Below, piece by piece: positions 1 through 13,008 of a stretch of DNA of 64,000 nt. Source of the DNA: Gordius albopunctatus (taxonomy: Eukaryota); assembly GCA_964276515.1 (NCBI GenBank), contig OZ193909.1, forward strand, positions 16,926,001 to 16,990,000, written 5' to 3'. Below the pieces are notes generated by a model. That model worked only from the letters and a program-made list of their open reading frames with translations. It was not told the origin of the DNA and did not search any database. Both the position numbers and the translations under genes were made by a program. Each line of letters begins with the position of its first letter. Positions within the stretch are counted from its first letter, which is position 1.

Positions 1-238
1 TTACTTGTCGTATATGTGCTGTACATATAGGTAAGATGAATATAATACAATGAAGGTTATAAGCTTATACATTTAACTTATATTATTTTATATTGTAAAC
101 ATAGGTCAAGTCAATCTTTAATATGTTTGGATACATATTTTTCTTTTATTCTACTTTAGAGCACACACAAATAATTTAAGTATTTTATCAAAATCTTTGG
201 CCAACAATATTTGAATAAAATTTAATTTATTCATTTAC

Positions 239-834
239 CCTTTTGTCTAGCTCTACGAAGGTCTTTATACCAAGATATTGTAATCTTTGATCCCAATACT
301 TCTTTATCATGAAATCTATGCAATAAATTAGCATCCACTTATAACGACTGTGTTTAATTCAGAACATTAAGTCATTCAATATACATCTAAAATGTATATA
401 CATGTATAAGAGTTGCCCAATGCAATGTGTAGATAAACTATTAATTAAAGCAATTCATAAGATGATAATACAGATGGAACAAAATAATCTTCATAAAATC
501 CATTGTTGCTATATATATTTATAATTGATTTTATTATATTAGAAAATTTATGAGGACATCAAGATTATACCTAGCCATAACATCTTTTGCGACATCCTTG
601 CTTTCAAATCGAAGTGCTACATATAAAAATCTTCTATCTTCTGACAACTTGTAAAAATCAAATGAGCATTCTCCCCCCTCTTTGTTGAAAAACTCTCTAA
701 TTTAAAATTTATGATAGCATTATAAGGTTCATATACTTTATGTCCTCTTTGTCCATATCACCATTAAAACCTCTCATAAAAAGAGTATGTTGACTTGCTG
801 GCACAATCATGGAGTTTAAGGGTAAGCGAGCCAT
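239..834 (-). CDS. 5' part of an RRM (RNA-recognition motif) protein gene; exons 834-737, 696-571, 315-239; continues beyond left edge
   Basis: Manual minus-strand translation across GT-AG introns with consistent phases: MARLPLNSMIVPASQHTLFMRGFNGDMDKEDIK|EFFNKEGGECSFDFYKLSEDRRFLYVALRFESKDVAKDVMAR|FHDKEVLGSKITISWYKDLRRARQK. RNP2-like TLFMRGF, RNP1-like FLYVALRF and terminal 'LGSKITISW' strand fit the RRM pattern. Not in the ORF track because the exons are short. Confidence 0.75.
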
Positions 835-2128
835 TTTGATTTCAAATATTTAGTCCACTGGGAAGTCATTCTCAGCCATACGGCATATTTGCAGGAATAA
901 AATATGTACTACGCCAATTTTATATGATTATTGCAAATATGATGTATAGCGAAATAGGATAAGATATTAATAGTTATTAGTAATAGAGATGTAAAGGGGT
1001 GATGAGTAAGGGCGGTAAGCTTTACTTACAATTGGCAACGATAACAAATGATTGATTTATATACTTTATTAATATTCAGTAATGAAATACTAATTTATTG
1101 GCCGTCATGGCTACAATACTTGACGTCGTCAATTGTTACACTACAAATATTGAGATAAATACTAACAAGTTAGCATAGATATGACAAAACATATATTTTA
1201 TATTGCTATTGCTACAAATTTAAGAGCGTTAGAAATATGGACCTTAATTTTTGGTATGGTGCAAGTTTGGATCTAAACCATATTCTTCTTACAACTTTAT
1301 ATAACAATCCATAAATCCCTTAATATCTATCCAATGATTCCAAATTAAGACATACTACATTTGTCTCATAAAGATTTACACTTCAAATCACTAAACCAAT
1401 CTATTCAATTCAATATAACCAATATAAAAAAAATTGCCATCAATCCACTTTATCCACTATGGAATCTATTACTATTCACATTGCATCCAACACATGCAAG
1501 TGTCTATCCCCCAAAGTTTCAGCTCGACAACATTAAGAAGTCCAAACATTCAAACAACAATCAAACAAATTACTGAGAAAGACTCACAACCACACCCATT
1601 ATTTTCAACTTGATCCCTACTATTCAAAGCAAACATTAATTTACTCAGAAACTCTTTACAAAAAAACAAACAATTACCTCACCCAATCTTTCTCTCTAAC
1701 ATCATCACTACTATTCAAAGCAAACTGAACCCTCTACTTAATAACCTAGAAACCACTTACAGTATTTCAATCATTTATACATTTCTTATCACTATTTTAT
1801 TAACATCCATAGTTTATTTTTTTTGAACATATTTAGACCTAAAATTATATACCCAAAAATTAAAAATTATATACAATATCTTATCAGGCAACTTTTTAAC
1901 AATTACAACCAACATTTACAATATGCAATATAGTATCTTTTACAAAACAACTTATCTAACCAAGGTAACAAATTTTTTTTTTAAAAAACAACTGCAATGC
2001 CACTTACTCTATCCTTAAGGTTGTCCTTTATCCTCCCACTCATAATTACTCAGAGTCTTACAATAAATCATCAGTTTTGACATGAATAAATTCTTTTCTT
2101 TGTCTGATAAAATTCATATACATATTAA

Positions 2129-5095
2129 ATGGTCCTTTTAAAAGCCCTATGCCCCTTGTGTCATCGAAATATCTCATTAAACAAAAAGAATTGTTTTTTA
2201 AAACATGGCCCTGTCACCAATAAATGCCCCTCCTCGGGGAAGCTCGCTCCCCCAAACACTACATGTCCACCATCAACCTTAATATTGGAAGATAACATTA
2301 TTCTCAGTCCCTCTGGTACTGATATTCCTAATCTAATACCTCATCAAACCTACTATACCACAAATGAAAAAAATGAGATGACATGGAGTCCAGCCTTTTT
2401 ATCTCAAACATTCCCACCAACCATATCCAGAATTCCAAGGGGGGCCCGGGCGTGCATGCAACAGTTTTTAATAAACTTACTTAACAATATTATTTCCCTC
2501 CCTCAGAACCTTTCCTATTGGGAGAAACTATTTAAATTCTCTTTTTACATTTTATCCATTCCTCAAGACAAAGAAGCAAATATCACTCATAATATTAAAC
2601 AATCAGTTTTAAAGTTCGACAGTCAAAACAGCCCTCCAGCATATAACATTGAGAGAAAGGAATCCCACATATTAACTCCCAAACAAAAAGCGAATATGAT
2701 CTCTAGAAAAATCCACGCTTTCAACATAAAAGGTGCAATCAGATTTCTTGAAGAAGACAATTCATTTCTGAGTCCTTCACAAAAATCATACGAAGAAATA
2801 GTTCTCAAACACCCCCAGAGTCTATCGTCTACTTACCTATCGCCCTCGCAACCTTCAGATATTGCTTTTAAGTCACCAGAAATTCGAGACGCCATCTTAT
2901 CCTTTCCCATGGATTCTGCAGGTTTTGTCGTACGGCATAAAACCAATTTTTTTAAAAGATCTTATAACAATTGTTAATAATAACTCCTCCATCTTATTAG
3001 ACTTACTCACCAAATTTTGTAACCTTTTAGTCAATGGGAGTATACCTAAAGAAATAACGCCCATAGTCTTTGGAGCTAAGCTTTTAGCTATTAGGAAGGC
3101 CGACAATTCAGCCCGGCCTATCGCTATCGGCGGTGTTTTTCGGAGAATTATTTCTAAATTAATTTGCTCGGCGATCAAACCAATATTGACCCCAACTTTA
3201 ATTCCGCATCAACTAGGCTTTGGGGTCAAAGGAGGGTGCGAGATAGCTACCCATGCCGCACGCTTAGCCCTGGAACACCTCCCACCGGGTGATTCCTTTA
3301 TAAAACTGGATTTTAAAAATGCTTTCAACAGCATTCTACGCACTGCCTTCATTAATGAATTTATCAAACTGTTTCCCCACTACACCAACTACATCATTTT
3401 AAGTTATGGATGCCCTTCGATTTTGAAATTTGGAGAATTCTTCATCGAACCCGCAGAAGGGATCCAACAAGGTGATTCTCTAGGCCCCCCTTTATTCTGC
3501 TTGGCCATAAATCACCTAATTAACGAAATTAACAAACACTGTAAACTTACTCTTAATGTCTGGTATCTTGATGACGCCACTCTTGTTGGGACCCCTGACA
3601 ACCTAGCCCAAGCACTAGATGTAATACATGCTTTTTCCCCCACTCTAAACTTATGTTTAAACGCCTCTAAAAGTGAAATATATTCTGACTTGGATAATAT
3701 TCACCCAAAGTTTTTTGACTTTGACAAAATTAAAAAAGACAGTTTGTATGTTTTAGGCGCACCTATCGGGGGACCCCAGTGCCTTAAAAAATTTTTAGAC
3801 AAAAATCTCTCTTCTTTAAAAACCAAATTAGACATTTTTAAATCTATGCCATCTCATCATTCTTTTTATATTATAAAAAATTATTACAACATTAGCAAAA
3901 TTTTATTCTGCTTCCGCTCTACGCAAGCTTTTTTATTTAAAGAAGTTTTACACGACTATGAAAACTTTTTTAAATCCACTCTACAATCAATTTTAAATAT
4001 TTCCTTTAACACCTGGCTTCAAGCCACACTTCCCACAAAATCCGGTGGCCTTGGTATTCGCTCCCCATCTGCGATTTCCCTAGCCGCCTTTATTTCTTCC
4101 TCTCTATCTTTTAAACATCATATCAACGACCTTGTCCCATTCCCACTTAATCCCTCCATAAATCAAGCCCTATCCTTATGGAATGAGAACGTCAATGTAG
4201 GAGCTAATATACCACAATCATACGTTCAAAAAGATTTGGATGCAAGCTTGGTGTCGCGGTCCGTTGCTTACCTTCTCTCGACATGCGACGCCAAACAGCA
4301 TTGCAACCTTAGGTCATTCCGGACATGAATGGCTTGAAGCTTACCCTAGTAAGTTTTCGGGTATGTTTTTGGAGAATCCTACCCTCTCCTACAATATAGC
4401 CCTCCGCTTGGGCTGTAAATAAACGTCCTCATACCCCTGCCGGCTTTGTAATTCACTTGTAGATGAGGAAGCACGTCACCCTCTGCATTGTAAATTTAAC
4501 AAAAGCCGGTATGGTAGGCACCAAAAAATAAATACACTACTTCAAGCTGCCCTCAAACGGGCAAAAGTCCCTTCGATCCTTGAACCTTCAGATCCCTCTC
4601 TCGAAGGGCGGATGCGCCCGGACGGTTCGTCCCTTATCCCATGGGACAAAGGCCTTTTCTTAAAATGGGACTACACCTGTATAGACCTTTTTGCCCCCTC
4701 CAACGATACTCACGACCCCCTTGGATCGGCAGAGCATCGGAAATCCGTAAAATATTCAGCTTTATCCCAAAACTCGATTTTTATTCCTATCGTCTCATCG
4801 TGCTCAGGGACATTTGGGAAGAGCGCTTTAATTTTTTTAAAGAACTCAATAAACGCTCGCCCCCTTGTAAAATATCGAATAGTTTTTTACTACGACAATC
4901 AATTGCCATCGCGATCGCTAAATCTAATTTTTATTCTTTGATGGATTCAATGCCCATTCTCAAAGATGAAGAAATGGATATTGAGTTTTAATCATTTTTT
5001 TATATAAATGTTTTCGTTCTTGTATCTTTTTATTAATTCCACTCAATATTTAATACTTTTTATTTAATAAAGCATGTCAATTTAAAAAAAAAAAA
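2129..5095 (+). mobile_element. CRE-clade non-LTR retrotransposon (N-terminal Zn finger, RT, CCHC knuckle, restriction-like endonuclease), near full length, frameshifted
   Basis: ORF pieces 2129-2977, 2862-4328, 4240-4422, 4612-4991: N-terminal CPLC..HGP..CPSSG, RT motifs RPIAIG, QLGFG, KLDFKNAFN, GIQQGDSLGP, WYLDD, GGLGIR; C-terminal C..C..HPLHC knuckle and RPDG..PW..WD RLE; AATAAA and poly(A) at ~5066-5095. A G-poor 5' UTR probably extends upstream to ~1290. Confidence 0.9.
2862..4328 (+). pseudogene. Reverse transcriptase segment of the CRE element ORF (disrupted by frameshifts near 2920 and 4320)
   Basis: QQGD and YLDD RT motifs in the 488-aa ORF; the reading frame continues in neighbouring frames on both sides. 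Confidence 0.85.
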
Positions 5096-5379
5096 TTTTT
5101 ATGTACCACATGCACTCATAAAGCCAATGATTTTCCAAAAAACAGTTTGTACACCATTTTTTCTCTTTTATTAGGGATCTCCCATCAAAAGTTTGATAAA
5201 TTAATATTAATAACAAATTCCTGATTTATATAGACAATTGTTAGCGCATCAAGACTTTTAAGGGATAAAAATCACAAAAAAATTCCTTTTCATGTGCCTA
5301 GGATTCATACGAAATGTACAAAAACGCTAAGTTGTTCTGTGCATCTCTGATATCTAATTTCATCTATAATTATTAAGTA

Positions 5380-6842
5380 AAGTTTGGATTCATTTAATTT
5401 TGACAGAATATTTTTAAGGTTAATTTAGCCGTAAAATTTGTTTATTTTAATTTTTAGGTGATTTAAAGGGGGGGGGCGGTTGTGCGAATATATCTATAAT
5501 ATCATCAGGGCAATAACTTCTAAATACTCATTCTTGAACGAATTTTAATTTCATAATTAATTTTTTTCCATATTTATGTTATAATTACGCCTTTCGAGCA
5601 TCTAGCCTAAAAAGGCTTTTAAATGTTCTCATTGTTTTCATGATATAAATGCTGCCAATATTGCATATGTAAAATTATAAAATGTTATATATATGGCCAA
5701 GATTTTTTGGGGTTTTGGCAATAATAATTTTTATAAAACCTTTTTTATATAGTTTTTTTACTATTTGTATTATTTTTTAAAATGTCAACGATTTCTGTCA
5801 ATATCCCCGTTCCACTTTGTGCCCTTACAATCATTTATACACAAACTTATTATACAAAGTGAAATTTATGTTGTTTCAACTACATTACTTTGTTTTATTT
5901 ATGAATAAATTTTCATTATTTTATAACCTAGATTCCTAGATACATACGGGTCTAAGACATACTAGTGTGATGTTATTAGATAAAATACACAAATTAGTAG
6001 CGGGATTTTAAGTTTGCCCAACGTTTATGAGAGAAAAATTCTTAATTTGCGTTTGACCCATGGTCGTATTCAGGTTTTGGATTAAGGGGGGGGGGGGGGA
6101 ATTTTTAAGGGTATATGTAGTTAGAGCCCTGCACGGGCCGCCTGAAGCCCGACCCGGCCCCAAAATTTCATAAAATAATGGGGCCTCGGGCTCGGGTCGG
6201 GCCTGATGTGGCGGCTCGACCTGAGGCCCGAGCCCGGCTCGAATTGAACTAAAGCAAATTAATCTTTTATAAAATAGAATTTAAATAAATTCAATATCTT
6301 GGCACAGCGTACATTATATAGCTCTCAAACTTCAGCTCTTTTCCCTTGTCTGTTATAATATAACCGACATGAAATGCAAATCTTATTCTATTATTTAAAT
6401 AGATTCATAGAAGTTACAACTTTAGAAATAAGAGAAGTAAATAGTTCAAAAAGTTTTTTATTTGGAACTGTAAAAAATATATTTTATAAAGTTATATTTT
6501 TAGCTTTAAATTATTAGCTGAATATATTTTAACGAGTGAAAGTGGATTTTTTATTTCAAACTTATCCTAGTTGTAAATTACGAGTAATAAAAATCTAATG
6601 CATTTTATATTTAGATGGTGAAAAAAATTTGAAAAATATAATTTTTTCGAAATTTTATTTGAAAAGTCGGGCTCGGGCCAAAATTAAAAATTTCTTTCGG
6701 GCCGGGCAAAATAAAAATTGAAAAATCGGGCTCGGGCAGAAGAAATTTATTTTTGCAGAATTTTTTTGTCCCCCCCCCCTTATGGCTTGACCAGCTCAGC
6801 CCCCCCCCCCCCCCCAAGGCAAAAAGGCTAGCTACGCTACTG
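5380..6842 (-). mobile_element. Dispersed non-autonomous DNA element (CAGTGGCGTAGC-type terminus), homologous to 40498-41180 in inverted orientation, carrying a nested hAT MITE
   Basis: 5787 caacgatttctgtcaatatccccgttccactttgtgccc is the near reverse complement of ~40849-40888; terminus ccccaaggcaaaaaggctagctacgctactg at ~6812-6842 mirrors 40498-40530. Confidence 0.7.
6122..6740 (+). mobile_element. hAT-type MITE (TAGAGCCCTGCA terminus, GC-rich CCCGG/CGGG subterminal repeats), right end truncated
   Basis: Left end tagagccctgcacgggccg matches the family termini at 45353 and 55940. Confidence 0.65.
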
Positions 6843-6907
6843 GATAAAACATTTTTATTATCACATAACTCCTTACTATCAGCAATGTTTTACATTCTAT
6901 TATCTAA

Positions 6908-7926
6908 TCTATATATATAAAGTAAAGTCTATGTATGTATGTGTGTATCTAAATTCTGAAACTACCGCCCCGATTCGCGCGAAAATTTAACCGTAGATGC
7001 CCAGGACGGCCAGGGGTAAAATAGCTTTTTCAGAATCCTAAAATTCCTTTTAGTTTTAAAAATATCTGACATTTCCCGGCCAGTTTCGTTAAGAGCATCA
7101 TATACAATAATGACGTCAGGAAAGTTAGAATATAAGTAGAAATATGTATTACTTATTTATAGGATTAATTTAATATTATTAAAAATAAATATTAGACTTA
7201 TACATTTTATATATTGAAATGGGGCACGAATTTTATCACGTCATGGATTTTATGAACCCACTATTTTTAGTTTATATATAATAAGACAAACCAATTTACT
7301 TATGATAATAATTTGTCTGACTTATTTGATCCCACATCGCCCCCATACGTGTGACATCATTTGTATTTTTTATATAATACGTTCTTATTTTCAAGGTGGT
7401 GTCCCCAAATAAATTATATGCTTCTATGGCCATGTGATAATAATGGCAGCTCATTAATTTTGTTGCCAGTTTTATTAGTTGAGTTTTTAAAAAAAAAATT
7501 TGGTAGTTTTAAATTTTCTTATTTAAATTTTTACTTTTTTTAAAATATTTTTAACATTTTTTATAGTATGTACAGATGGCGCTAAAGCTAAAATTTATCC
7601 ACCTTAATTCTGTCTTAATTTTTCCATATATGACAAAGTGATGCGAATGATAAAAAAAGTATTATTTAAGAGTGGTTAAGAAAATATAACCGATAGATCA
7701 ACAACCCCCCAGGAAACAATAAATAAAAAGTTTTCTCTCCCCTGCATTCCCCGACAAACTCTTTACCTGCAATTAGTTATTTACGTTTACTTTCCATCGA
7801 TTGTAAAAATAACACTACAATTTAGATAAAACTTCTGCAAAAAATATCCCCAACCAGTTATAGTAAGTTAGTTAATTTGTCAGACATAATGTATATGGCA
7901 AAACAACGTTTGCCGGGCTTATCTAG
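6908..7926 (+). mobile_element. Non-autonomous Helitron
   Basis: 5' TCTATATATATAAAGTAAAGTC followed by (TATG)n; 3' GGCAAAACAACGTTTGCC hairpin followed by CTAG|T; sits between A and T with no TSD. Confidence 0.8.
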
Positions 7927-8032
7927 TTTTTTATAAAGAGTTTAATTGTGCAAAGACGAATTTGTCGATTTTTTAATGATCAATTAACCATAAGTTTATT
8001 TCAACTTTAATTTCACTTTGGATTCCTGATAG

Positions 8033-8155
8033 CATTGGCTTACCGCATGACGGAGCAAATGGGAGATGTCGTGGCAACAATTTCCTCATGGCACCCGCCT
8101 ACGGAGGTCAAAAAAAGTGGTCTGCATGTAGTCGCGAATTGTTAGCCAACTCAAT
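8033..8155 (+). pseudogene. Exon of a reprolysin/ADAMTS-like (M12B) metalloprotease catalytic domain
   Basis: AG|C-ATT...TCA-AT|GT exon translates IGLPHDGANGRCRGNNFLMAPAYGGQKKWSACSRELLANS: second half of HExxHxxGxxHD, Met-turn FLMAP and WSxCS. No upstream HExxH exon was found in the window. Confidence 0.7.
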
Positions 8156-8904
8156 GTATAATAACTTTTTTTTGTATCTCTTTTGATTCAATAATTATGA
8201 ATAATTTGCTTTGGGGTATATATTTATTAAATAGCATGTCCCTATATGGTTCCCCAGAAGGCTTAAATTTAGGTCGGTTCTAAATGAAGTTAATAACACA
8301 GCTCTACAAATATTGTCTTTGTGATTACATCCCGCATTTACAATACCATTTTTCCGCTCAGATCACAATTTGCTATGTATTAAAATTAGGATGCTCAAAA
8401 AATACAAAGTATAACGTCACATCACGAGGAATATAGAAATTTATATAACGACCGTGGGGCGCCTCCAACATTCCGAGGGTCCGACTTGGGGTTTGTTTTT
8501 CTTTTTGGTACACCCGCTTAGTTTTGGGGTTTTGTTAGAAAACTCATCTATACTCCGTATAAACGTAGCTCATTTGCTATGCAATTTATGAGCAAGATAG
8601 AGGGGAAGGGTCGAAAATGCCTATGAGGCGCGAGGGGCAATGGTCATGTAGGGAGTTAAATAATACTTGTACAATGTTACAATTGTTTTTATACATTATT
8701 TTTACATTAATAATTGACCTCAATAAATGTCAAAGTTTCTATATTTATAGTTCCAACCTTATTTTATATGTATTATTAAAATTATGAAATTTAGGATAAA
8801 TTGCTATGAGCCAAATTAAACACATTGGGGGTAATTTTGGGGGTTGGACTAATTAAAGATATAAAATTATAACCACTTGTTCAAATAACAAAAGTAATAT
8901 ATAA

Positions 8905-9265
8905 TATTGGTCAGCAAGAAGCAGACAGCCATATAGCCTATAATTAGACTAGGGTAAAATATAATAAAAAATTTTAGTTCACACTTTGGCCAATGGTCAA
9001 TTTTTTCCATTGGTCAGCAGTCAGCAGACGTTCAAAAAGCGTATAAATACATAAGAGCCAAATATTAAAAAAATGAAAAAAATTTCGATTCACACTTTGG
9101 TCAATGTTTTTTCCATTGGCCAGCAGCAAGCAGACGGTCAAGAAGCGTATAATAATATAAAGACAAATTATAGAAAAAACTTTCGATTCACACTTTGGCC
9201 AATGCTCGTTTTTTTTTGTTGGTCAGTGGTCATCAGACGGTTAAAAATCGTATGAATACATATAA
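8905..9265. repeat. Degenerate tandem repeat, ~100-110 bp unit, ~3.5 copies
   Basis: Recurring ttcacactttgg(c/t)caatg...ttgg(t/c)cag...cagacg...cgtat units at ~8977, ~9089 and ~9187. Confidence 0.7.
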
Positions 9266-9329
9266 TAGTGTTTGTAAATTTAATTTACGACAAAGATGAT
9301 TAATTTTTAATAACTTAATTACTTTATAT

Positions 9330-10394
9330 TAGTGCTGTAAGTGAACGCGTACGCGTTCATGAACGGCGTTCTTTTATTTTTTGGTGAACTTTGAACGTGA
9401 ACGCGTTCCTTTTTTGATGAACGCGTTCGAATTTAACGCTTGTTCAATTTTAAAAACCCTTTTTTGTTTTTATTTATTTGAAAATTGATGTCAATACAAA
9501 TTTTTAACAAAAAAGTATTATATTTTTTAATCAGCTGTTTTTCCTGTTTATTATTACCAATTCCGAAATACTTTTAACATACTATAACGTGCAAAAGAAG
9601 ATAAAATTAAAGTTAATTAGTTTGATATTATTAATTATAGTTTAATTTATAGGTTAATATGGACAATCATAATATTATATCGTCGTCATCTTCAGATTCT
9701 AAATATTCAAAATCAGCAGATGAATTTTTATTAAGTATAATACTCCAATCCCCTCATCTGCCCCTGTGGAGCAGGTTTTTACTATAGCTAATGCTGTATT
9801 AACTGCCAAGCGTTCCTGCTTATCAGAAGACAATTTTGAAAAACAATTGTTGCGTCAATTGACTTAATTGTCTCATTTACATTACCTTACTACTTCACGA
9901 CGTTAATTGACCAATCAAGCATACCTGGCGGAGACACCACTAAATTGATTTATTTATACCTCGCGTAATTGATTTATTTATACCTCGCGGAGACACCACT
10001 AAACTTGATTGATTTATTCAATTAATTCACGAGTATATAAAAGGAGTTTAAAACTCTTTTTACTCACTTACTTTTCTTCCAACGATTTAGTTTATATTAT
10101 ACAATAAAGTAATTATTACTTTATCCTACATCACCTCAATTCTCGAAACAATTATTATTAAAAATAAATAAGAAAATAGATTATATTGATTTATAATTAT
10201 ATTGTCGAAATAAAACTATTATTTTTTATCATGGCTATTTATTGTATTAAAAAATATAAGACATTTATTTATATTAAATTAAACTTTAAAAAATGTATCA
10301 TAAAATTTTGAACGAACGTGAACGCGTTCACGTTCTTTTTAGACGAACGTGAACGGGAACGCGTTCGATTTTTTTACAAATGTTTACAGCACTA
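9330..10394 (+). mobile_element. hAT-derived non-autonomous element with GAACGCGTTC subterminal repeats and a hATC dimerisation-domain remnant
   Basis: TIRs TAGTGCTGTAA / TTACAGCACTA; internal YNTPIPSSAPVEQVFTIANAVLTAKRSCLSEDNFEKQLL(LKIN) at ~9736-9850, resuming at ~10150. Confidence 0.75.
9848..10150 (+). mobile_element. Solo-LTR-like ~300 bp insertion interrupting the hATC remnant
   Basis: TGTTGCG...CGAAACA termini, internal TATATAAAA and AATAAA; removing it restores EKQLLLKINK. TSD is ambiguous. Confidence 0.5.
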
Positions 10395-11344
10395 GATATA
10401 ACCAATTAAATTATGTACGTTTTTATCAAACCTCTATGCACAGCGGCTAATAAATTTTTTTTATATGTAATACCTGGCGACTAACAATTTTTTGACACTC
10501 ATGAAGCTTTAATTGCGTTATTAAAGAGATACTAGATATTCGATTACTCGACCGCATGAGTCCGAATATTCGTTTAAACTGGAATTAGGCAATTGTAATT
10601 TAAGCATGTTTACAATTATAGGTTTGACAGGCCTCAGCACAGCTCTCTAAAACCAAAGAGTCAATTTAAAACAAACATGCAATTCCGCAATTACTCTGAA
10701 TAATTAGGTCATATGCTTTTTGACTAATATTTGTTGTACTTGGAAATGTATCGTTGATATAATTAGTAGCTTCTTGTTAGTTTAAAACAGTCAGTTGATA
10801 AAGAATCTGAGTATGACTCAATGTAAATAATTTTTTTTCGGGTAAAAAATGAAATGTCATTTTAATTACTAAGAAATGTTATTTAAAACTTATTTTTTTC
10901 TTATTGACTCTCGCTATTTTTTACCTTAAAGTAAATATAAGATAGGGTCATGATTTGTCATTTAAACTATATAAACACTATTAACTTACACAAAACTACA
11001 TAAATATAAATTTATATCTTAAAAATTTAAATTTTCCTTCCTAAAATGTCTTTCAAACTTAATTGCATATTCCTTTAGCTGGTCGCAATGATATCGCTAT
11101 CAATTCAAAGATCAACTAATTTTTTCAAGAATTTTAGTTTTCTAAGCTTTCCGTGTATTGCTTTTATCATATATGGCGACGCATTTTTATTTGTTAAAAA
11201 TCCGTTGACAGTAATATAATATACAATACTTACATTATACATTTATTTAATAACAAATTATTAACACATAAAGTTGGAGAACTGGATTTTACAAAAAAAA
11301 CTGTGGTCTTAAAAATATTAAAAATCGATGGTTTTTAATAATAA

Positions 11345-13008
11345 AACTGGTCTACAAATAAAGGTCTTATGTAATAAACCGGGAAACGGTTAACATATTC
11401 TGATAGAGTTTTTTGTGGTGAACACAAATATGGTTTTCGTTATTTTCCTATACGTCAAGTTTTTTAGATATTTAGATTCAAAGTTGCAAAAATGACCGTT
11501 TTTGACCCTTTTCTAAGCTCAATAGAGCGATATTTAATAGCTAAAAAATTTTTAACCTCTAAGTGGTAGAACCAATTTAGGGTAAAACATTGAAAAATGA
11601 TTCTTTACCTATTGTTTTTACTTTTTCCAATATATCAAAAATGCAATTAGTCCCTATGCGAATTCGCGGCATCCTTTGAGCCTCCCTCTCTCTCTATCTA
11701 ATTGACTTATATGCTTATATAACACTATACCCTTAGTGCATGTGAGTGATTGATGAGTGTGGTGGGTGCAAGAGTAGTGGGGGTTAATACGAATCTGGTG
11801 CAAAATGTAATATGTGCAAAATGTAATAATGTAATATTCGCATTTTAGAAATTGAGACCGGTTTTCACGCATATTCATACGCATGTAATATGTACTAAAA
11901 AACTACGTAACAAAAGGATACTATAATTGTTAATTGAAACAAAATAAGTTATATCAAAATGTATGTCATATAGGTCACTATGGATTCGTTGAAGACGAGC
12001 AACGAGAGGCGCGGCATTGACCAGGTACGGGACGATAGCAAGTGAGAGACAAAATAAATCTAGGAAGAGTAACGGGAAGGACGCAAAGGAGAATAACAAC
12101 TGGCGCGGGACACACAAAGAGAGTATTATCAGAGGCAATAACAACTGGTGGAAGGAATGACAACTGGTGCAAGACACGAGAAGAAAAGAAATGTATCCGA
12201 ATAAAAGGGAACATCGGCGCACAGACAATATCAATTAATAAATTTTCTTGGATATAAATCGTTTGTGGCATAATTTTTACTTGAAATAAAATATTTATCG
12301 GAAGTACGATTTATTCGAGGACGAATTATTCTCTGATCTAATTTTGGACTTACGATTTAGTCACGGACATAATAATGTATAATACTATTTTATAAATAAA
12401 TACATATTATCAAATAAATCACTAAATCTAACCCTAACCCTTGCCTATATTACATTTTGCACATATTAGATTTTGCACAGAAGTGGGTTAATACGAACTA
12501 TTCCTACTACTAAGCCTGTCATCCCCCCCCCCCCCCCTACTAGAGGAATAGCCCGTATTACGCCACTACTCTTACACACCCACACCCCCACATCATCCAT
12601 CAATCACTCACATGCACCAAGAGTATAGTGTTATAAACCCAATTAGATAGAGAGGGAGGGAGGGAGGGAGGGAGGGAGGGAGGCTCAAAGGATACTCTTC
12701 GCATAGGGACTGATTGAATATTCGATATATTGGAAAAAGTAAAAACAATAGGGGAAAAAATCATTTTTAATGTTTTACCCTAAGTTGGTTCTACCACTTA
12801 GAGGTTTAAAATTTTTTTTAGCTATTTAATTTCGCCCTATAGTGCGTAAAAAAGGGCCAAAAACGGTAATTTGCGCAACTTTGAATCTATTATAAATAAT
12901 TCAAAAACTTGACGTATAGAGAAAAAACGAAAAACATATTTGTGTTACTACAAAAAGCTATATCAGAATATGTTGACCGTTTCCCGGTTGATTTTTTTGT
13001 AGACCAGT
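11345..13008. mobile_element. Foldback / long-TIR non-autonomous DNA transposon (Tc1/mariner-like CACTGG terminus next to TA on the right side)
   Basis: ~440-bp imperfect inverted arms: 11378 accgggaaacggttaacatattctgata... vs 12960-12988 tatcagaatatgttgaccgtttcccggt; ctggtctacaaa / tttgtagaccagtg at the ends. Confidence 0.75.
11791..12485 (+). mobile_element. Nested TIR element with 9-bp TSD (GGTTAATAC), Mutator/Merlin-like
   Basis: GAATCTGGTGCAAAATGTAATATGTGCAAAATG ... TTACATTTTGCACATATTAGATTTTGCACAGAAGTG; a shorter inverted copy lies at 33629-33902. Confidence 0.75.

Noticed and set aside
1361..1576. 71-aa ORF upstream of the CRE element as an ORF1
   Set aside because: TTG start, no motifs, explained by compositional bias; CRE-type elements here appear to use one long ORF.
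8905..9265. Repeat-spacer-like pattern suggesting a CRISPR array
   Set aside because: The intervening sequences are homologous, the repeats are degenerate, the context is eukaryotic and no cas genes are present.
12426..12442. ctaaccctaaccc as an interstitial telomere
   Set aside because: Only two units, lying within the subterminal region of a TIR element.
12651..12682. (GGGA)n tract as a regulatory G-quadruplex
   Set aside because: Simple microsatellite expansion in one arm of the foldback element; no functional evidence.
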